A stretch of DNA of 64,000 nucleotides from an uncultured Planctomycetota bacterium. GTDB taxonomy: Bacteria > Planctomycetota > Planctomycetia > Pirellulales > Pirellulaceae. Below are positions 60,170 to 64,000 of the stretch, piece after piece. The first letter of the stretch is position 1. Every line of letters begins with the position of its first letter. Under the pieces are notes generated by a model. The model was not told the DNA's origin, did not search any database, and was given only the letters and a program-made list of their open reading frames with translations. The stretch lies in the NCBI GenBank assembly GCA_963802295.1, contig CAWDIM010000005.1:93780-157779 (forward strand), read 5' to 3'. The translations under genes and the position numbers were made by a program.

Positions 60170-60832
60170 ATGTTAGTTGCCGAATTAAATGTGTTCGCGG
60201 TCCTCGGGAATCTCATGTACGTGGCACTCGGCGTGATCGCCGTGTGGGGCGCTTTTTGCGTGGTGATGGTGTGGAACCGCGTGCGTGAGAAACGTTTTCG
60301 TAACGAAGATCAACAGGCGGAGTTTCTCGAAGCGCTGGATGATCCGATCCTGCGGGGCGATTTCGAAGCGGCCGAGAACCTGCTGGCGATGGACAAACGC
60401 GCAATGTCGCAGCTGGCGCTGTTGGCCATCATGAATCGAGATATCGGCTTTGCCAAGGTGCGCCAGCTGCTGGTCGATCGCTTCCAGCGGGACGTCCTGG
60501 CCGATCTCGAATATCGGCTCAGCTGGGTCAATACGGTCATCAAGAGCGCGCCGATGATCGGGCTGCTGGGTACGGTGATGGGGATGATGGGCGCCTTCAA
60601 GACGTTGGCCAGCCAGGAGACGGTCAAACCGGCTCAGCTGGCCGGCGATATCAGCTTCGCTTTGATTACCACCGCGATCGGGCTGACCATTGCCATTCCG
60701 CTGCTGTTGGCCACCGCGAGCATCAATGTGCGGATCCGCAAAATGGAGGACCTGGTGGCGTCCGGATTGACCCGTTTCCTGGACACTTTTCGCGCTGGAA
60801 TCGATCCTTCCGAGACGTTGCGGCACAAGTAG
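60170..60832 (+). CDS. MotA/TolQ/ExbB proton-channel family protein
   Basis: 220-aa ORF. APMIGLLGTVMGMMGAFKTL...LAGDISFALITTAIGLTIAIPLLLA is the family signature. Confidence 0.9.
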   Translation: MLVAELNVFAVLGNLMYVALGVIAVWGAFCVVMVWNRVREKRFRNEDQQAEFLEALDDPILRGDFEAAENLLAMDKRAMSQLALLAIMNRDIGFAKVRQLLVDRFQRDVLADLEYRLSWVNTVIKSAPMIGLLGTVMGMMGAFKTLASQETVKPAQLAGDISFALITTAIGLTIAIPLLLATASINVRIRKMEDLVASGLTRFLDTFRAGIDPSETLRHK

Positions 60833-61058
60833 GACGGGAGGACGGAGGAAGGGAGGAAGGGAGGACGGAGGAAGGGAGGAAGGGAGGAACGGAGGAAGGG
60901 AGGAAGGGAGGAAGGGAGCATTCCGGAGCATGCGCTGTGGTGAGAAGCTGCTGGCGGCCCGTGACTGTGCTTTTGCCGGCAGCGAAGGTTTTTCTTGAGT
61001 TTTGGATTTTGAGTTTGTTTGGGATTTCGAATTTCCTGTCTGGTGGAAGCCGGCCGCG
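60833..61058. repeat. MITE-like composite repeat, copy F ((GGAAGGGA)n + reverse core + arm), between exbB and exbD
   Basis: It starts 1 nt after the exbB stop. It contains ggacgggaggacggaggaagggaggaagggagg..., the core gcatgcgctgtggtgagaagctgctggcggcccgtgactgtgcttttgccggcagcgaagg, and the arm ttgagttttggattttgagtttgtttgggatttcgaatttcc...gccggccgcg. Confidence 0.8.
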
Positions 61059-61139
61059 TCAGGTCCAGGAAGTCCCTGCTGCCATCCGCGGAAGTGTTAC
61101 GCGAGCACAATTGACAAACGCCCATGAGAAATTCAGCCG

Positions 61140-61634
61140 ATGGTTAACGGATCTGAACCGCTAGAAGAAGAGATGGAGCCGGTAGTGCTCCACCCCCGGC
61201 GATCGATGGGGGATTCCGAGATCGACATCACTCCGATGATCGACATCGTATTCCTGTTGCTCATTTTCTTCCTGGTGGCTTCGAAGATGGACGAAGCGGC
61301 GACGGTGAAACTGCCCCCCGCGCGACGCGGCATCGATGTGGCGCGGGAGAATGCGATTGTGGTGATTGTCAAGAAGAACGAATCGGGCGACCTGGTGGTC
61401 GCTCGCCGCGACGGCAGTGTGTTCTCGGCCGATCTGGCGCAGCAGGAAATCGAGATTGGCGAGTACATCGACGCGGGCCTCACCGGCTCGGCCCCCTTCG
61501 ACCGGCCGATGGAGGAGATCATCGTCAAGGCCCAGGGTGATGTACGGGAAGGGGACGTCGCGCGTGTGGCCGAGGCCATCGGAAAAGTGACCGATACGCC
61601 CTTGTTGAATTACGCGGTCACGGAGGTTCAATAG
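61140..61634 (+). CDS. ExbD/TolR biopolymer transport protein
   Basis: 164-aa ORF with the signature EIDITPMIDIVFLLLIFFLVAS. Confidence 0.9.
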   Translation: MVNGSEPLEEEMEPVVLHPRRSMGDSEIDITPMIDIVFLLLIFFLVASKMDEAATVKLPPARRGIDVARENAIVVIVKKNESGDLVVARRDGSVFSADLAQQEIEIGEYIDAGLTGSAPFDRPMEEIIVKAQGDVREGDVARVAEAIGKVTDTPLLNYAVTEVQ

Positions 61635-61690
61635 CCCGGTCATTTTCGAAATCCGAAGTGCAAAGCCGGATAATACCGCACGAATTTGCC

Positions 61691-61807
61691 GGAAGGGGAG
61701 GAAGGGAGGAAGGGAGGAAGGGAGGAAGGGAGGAAGGGAGGAAGGGAGGAACGGGAGGAAGGGAGGAAGGGAGGAACGGGAGGAAGGGAGGAAGGGAGGA
61801 AGGGAGG
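61691..61807. repeat. (GGAAGGGA)n polypurine microsatellite (partial copy G of the composite repeat), between the two exbD genes
   Basis: About 14 units of ggaaggga/ggaacggga are directly visible. It lies about 55 nt after the exbD stop and about 50 nt before the next start. Confidence 0.9.
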
Positions 61808-61854
61808 CCTGTGGGTGATGTTGAGTTTGGTTCGGATGTTGCTTTGGCGGGTGG

Positions 61855-62529
61855 ATGTGTAGCGAGAAACGCATGAGTCACAAGCGGGACAAGCCGGACA
61901 GCAGTCAATCGCCGCTGGGCCCACCGGGGTCGTCCGCTGCGCCGAGCAAGCCGCGGCGTCCCCGTTTCAAAGGGGGTCCGGACGACATTACGGTCGAGAG
62001 TCTGATCATCGACGGGTCCGAACTCGATACGGCCTATCATCACGTGGAGGAACTGGGCGAGGCGCCGGATCGGGTGACGTTCCGCGGCTCGTTTCGCGAC
62101 TCGAACGAGATGGACATGACCCCCATGGTCGACGTGACGTTCCTGCTGCTGATCTTCTTCATGGTCACGGCCGCTTTCAGTCTGCAGCGTTCGTTGCCGG
62201 TGCCGACCCCGCATCCGGACGAACCGAGCAGCAACGTCCAGCAGCGTGATCCGTCGGAAGATCCGGACACGGTCACCGTTCATGTGGACGAGAACAACAC
62301 GTTTCGCGTGGTGACGACCCAGTGGGACGTGGAAGCGCCGAGCAAGCACGAGCTGTTGATCAAATTGCGCGAGGCCTGCGAAGGGGGCAGTCAGGGACAA
62401 CGGCCGTCGAAACTGCTGGTGATGGCCAACGTGGATGCCATGCATGAATCGGTGATTGCCGCCATGGACGCCGGCAGCCAGGTCGAGATGCAGCAGATCC
62501 AACTGATGATGGTTGAAGAAAACGAGTAG
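61855..62529 (+). CDS. ExbD/TolR biopolymer transport protein (second copy, extended N-terminus)
   Basis: 224-aa ORF with EMDMTPMVDVTFLLLIFFMVTAAFS. An alternative ATG lies at 61873 (MSHKRDK). Confidence 0.85.
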   Translation: MCSEKRMSHKRDKPDSSQSPLGPPGSSAAPSKPRRPRFKGGPDDITVESLIIDGSELDTAYHHVEELGEAPDRVTFRGSFRDSNEMDMTPMVDVTFLLLIFFMVTAAFSLQRSLPVPTPHPDEPSSNVQQRDPSEDPDTVTVHVDENNTFRVVTTQWDVEAPSKHELLIKLREACEGGSQGQRPSKLLVMANVDAMHESVIAAMDAGSQVEMQQIQLMMVEENE

Positions 62530-62547
62530 CGGCGAGGGAATTTGCGC

Positions 62548-64000
62548 ATGATGATCGAACAGTTCATCGATCGCTTGGAACAGCAGGGTCTGCTCGACAA
62601 AGAGGTCATCGAAGACCTGCGCGGCAAGGTCGTGCGCGAAAGGGAAGAAGATCACTCCCGAAGCGGTCGCGAAATATCTGGTGGACAAAGGACATCTCAC
62701 CCGTTTCCAGGCGACCAAACTCGTCAACGACCTCATCTCGTTACCAGATGCCGGCGCCCTGGCGGGCACCGCCAAGAAGCGGTCCGATCCCGACGAACTG
62801 ACGCTGGTGCCGGACGACGATGATTTGACGAAGGTGCGCAATCAGAGTGCGCAGGCCAAGAGCCCGCCGGCCAAGAAGCCGGCGGTCCCCGTGAACCAGG
62901 AACTCGAGGCGCTCACGGCCATTCACGAAGACTTGTTCGACGACATGCAGGCGAGCGAGAAGCGGGCCGAGAAACTCGCGGCTGAGCGGCAGGCGGCGGA
63001 GAAATTGGCAGCGGAGCGGCAAGCCGCGGCCAAGGCGGCGGCCGAGAAAGCCGCCGCCGACAAACGGGCGGCCGAAAAGGCGGCGGCCGACAAACGGGCG
63101 GCCGACAAAGCGGCGGCTGAAAAGGCGGCGGCTGACAAGGCGGCCGCCGAAATGCGGGCGACAGCCGGACGCTCCGCGGCCCCCGCCCAGGGTCCGGCCA
63201 CCCAGCACAAAAAGGACAAACAGGACAAACGCCGTCCGGAGAAAACCGCGCAGCGGCAGGAGCCGGGGACTTCCCAGCCCCCTGCCCCTCCGCCACCCCA
63301 ACCGCCGGTCGAGCCCGTGGTCGTGCGGGGCGCCGCGGTGATGGACGATTTGGTCGCCGATATGGAGGCGAGCAGTGCCTTGGCGCCGGGAGGACGTGAG
63401 TCGCGGGGAGCCGGCGGATGGTTCGGCGGACGCGGCGGACAGCCGGTCGTGCAACGCAAGCTGCAGAAGTCGAGCGAATGGGATTCGATGCTGCTGCTCG
63501 TCGGCGGTGCGTCCCTGGGAGTGCTGTTGATTATCGGCGGATTCCTCTACTTCTCGCTCACACGCGGCGCCGCCGAGGATATGTTCGGGGCGGCGGAAAC
63601 CGCCTACGGCAACGAATCCTACGCCCAGGCCATCAAGCTCTACGACAAGTACCTCGAGGTCCACCCCAAACACGAGAAGGCGGGGCTGGCACGCGTCAAG
63701 CGGGAAGTCGCGCGCCTACGCCAAGTCTTCAAGAACCCGGACCAGGGCTTGCCTGTCGCTGAGGAAGTCTTGCCGGTGATCGAAAATGAAGAGGATTTCC
63801 CGCAGGTCCGCGACGAACTGGCCAGTATGTTGCCCCAGATTGCTCGCGGCTTCGTGGATCGAGCGCTCCTGACCGCCGATTCGGCCGCCAAGGGTGCCTT
63901 GCTGGTCCAAACGGCCGGCGCGATGAAGCTGGTGAATAATCCCGTTTACATCCCCACCACGCTGCGCAAGTCGCAGCAGACCACCATCGCGGCGATCGAG
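62548..64000 (+). pseudogene. Membrane protein with K/A-rich coiled region and TPR-like C-terminal part; one frame break; 3' end outside window
   Basis: From the ATG at 62548 it reads MMIEQFIDRLEQQGLLDKEVIEDLRGKVVRE. After a break at gaaaggg (62638-62646) an open frame runs to the window end: GKKITPEAVAKYLVDKGHLTRFQATKLV...(AAEKAAADK)n...TM LLLVGGASLGVLLIIGGFLYF...YAQAIKLYDKYLEVHP.... Confidence 0.7.

Noticed and set aside
4208-63673. Large antisense or shadow ORFs (for example 4208..5284, 7830..8555, 16759..18525, 19332..20921, 22301..23530, 22704..23663, 25293..27251, 31215..32696, 32603..34135, 57466..58488, 60185..60931, 61618..62841, 62741..63673)
   Set aside because: They lie opposite to or out of frame with genes that have clear family motifs. 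Their translations are R/G/A/P-rich with no recognisable motifs, which is typical of GC-rich shadow frames.

Overview
GC-rich bacterial chromosome segment. The gene content looks planctomycete-like, but this is an inference from by-eye motif recognition; no searches were run. Supporting content: a DUF1559 protein with a prepilin-type N-terminus, PEP-CTERM and HAF-repeat proteins, a MoxR-DUF58-BatA/VWA operon, a giant PQQ-propeller/TPR protein, and an ExbB-ExbD-ExbD cluster.

Layout:
- 1-2.9 kb: an oxidoreductase and a sugar-phosphate isomerase, convergent on a 23-bp hairpin repeat array.
- 3.3-10 kb, minus strand: an operon of an NPCBM-domain protein, three S1C/PDZ protease paralogs (only the first keeps the catalytic triad), and a small membrane protein.
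- 10.4-23.7 kb, minus strand: a MoxR / DUF58 / BatA-N+VWA / VWA / large membrane protein / coiled-coil operon.
- 24.5-29.4 kb: a 1631-aa PQQ/TPR protein.
- 30-36.3 kb: HU, an OFA-type MFS transporter, and bifunctional PutA.
- 36.6-50.4 kb: a 13.7-kb integrated element in tRNA-Phe, bounded by a perfect 75-bp direct repeat. It carries an integrase, an excisionase, a Toprim/P-loop replication protein, HTH regulators, and surface-protein and nuclease cargo.
- 51-53 kb: a dense satellite zone with a heptamer microsatellite, a duplicated ~140-bp block, and 14 tandem 53-bp hairpin units.
- 53-56 kb: a DUF1559 gene, a lipoprotein, and a decayed PEP-CTERM gene.
- 57.4-64 kb: a prenyltransferase-like/HEAT protein, a hypothetical protein, ExbB, two ExbD genes, and a TPR protein that runs off the window.

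Two window-wide signals stand out:
1. A composite MITE-like intergenic repeat family, with at least 6 copies plus partial ones. It combines AT-rich GGATTTCG-type arms, a conserved ~70-bp core, and polypurine (GGAAGGGA)n and (CTTACT)n microsatellites.
2. About 20 single-nucleotide frame breaks in otherwise conserved genes, several of them in homopolymer runs. These are either assembly indels or widespread pseudogenisation.

No rRNA, CRISPR array or cas genes were seen.
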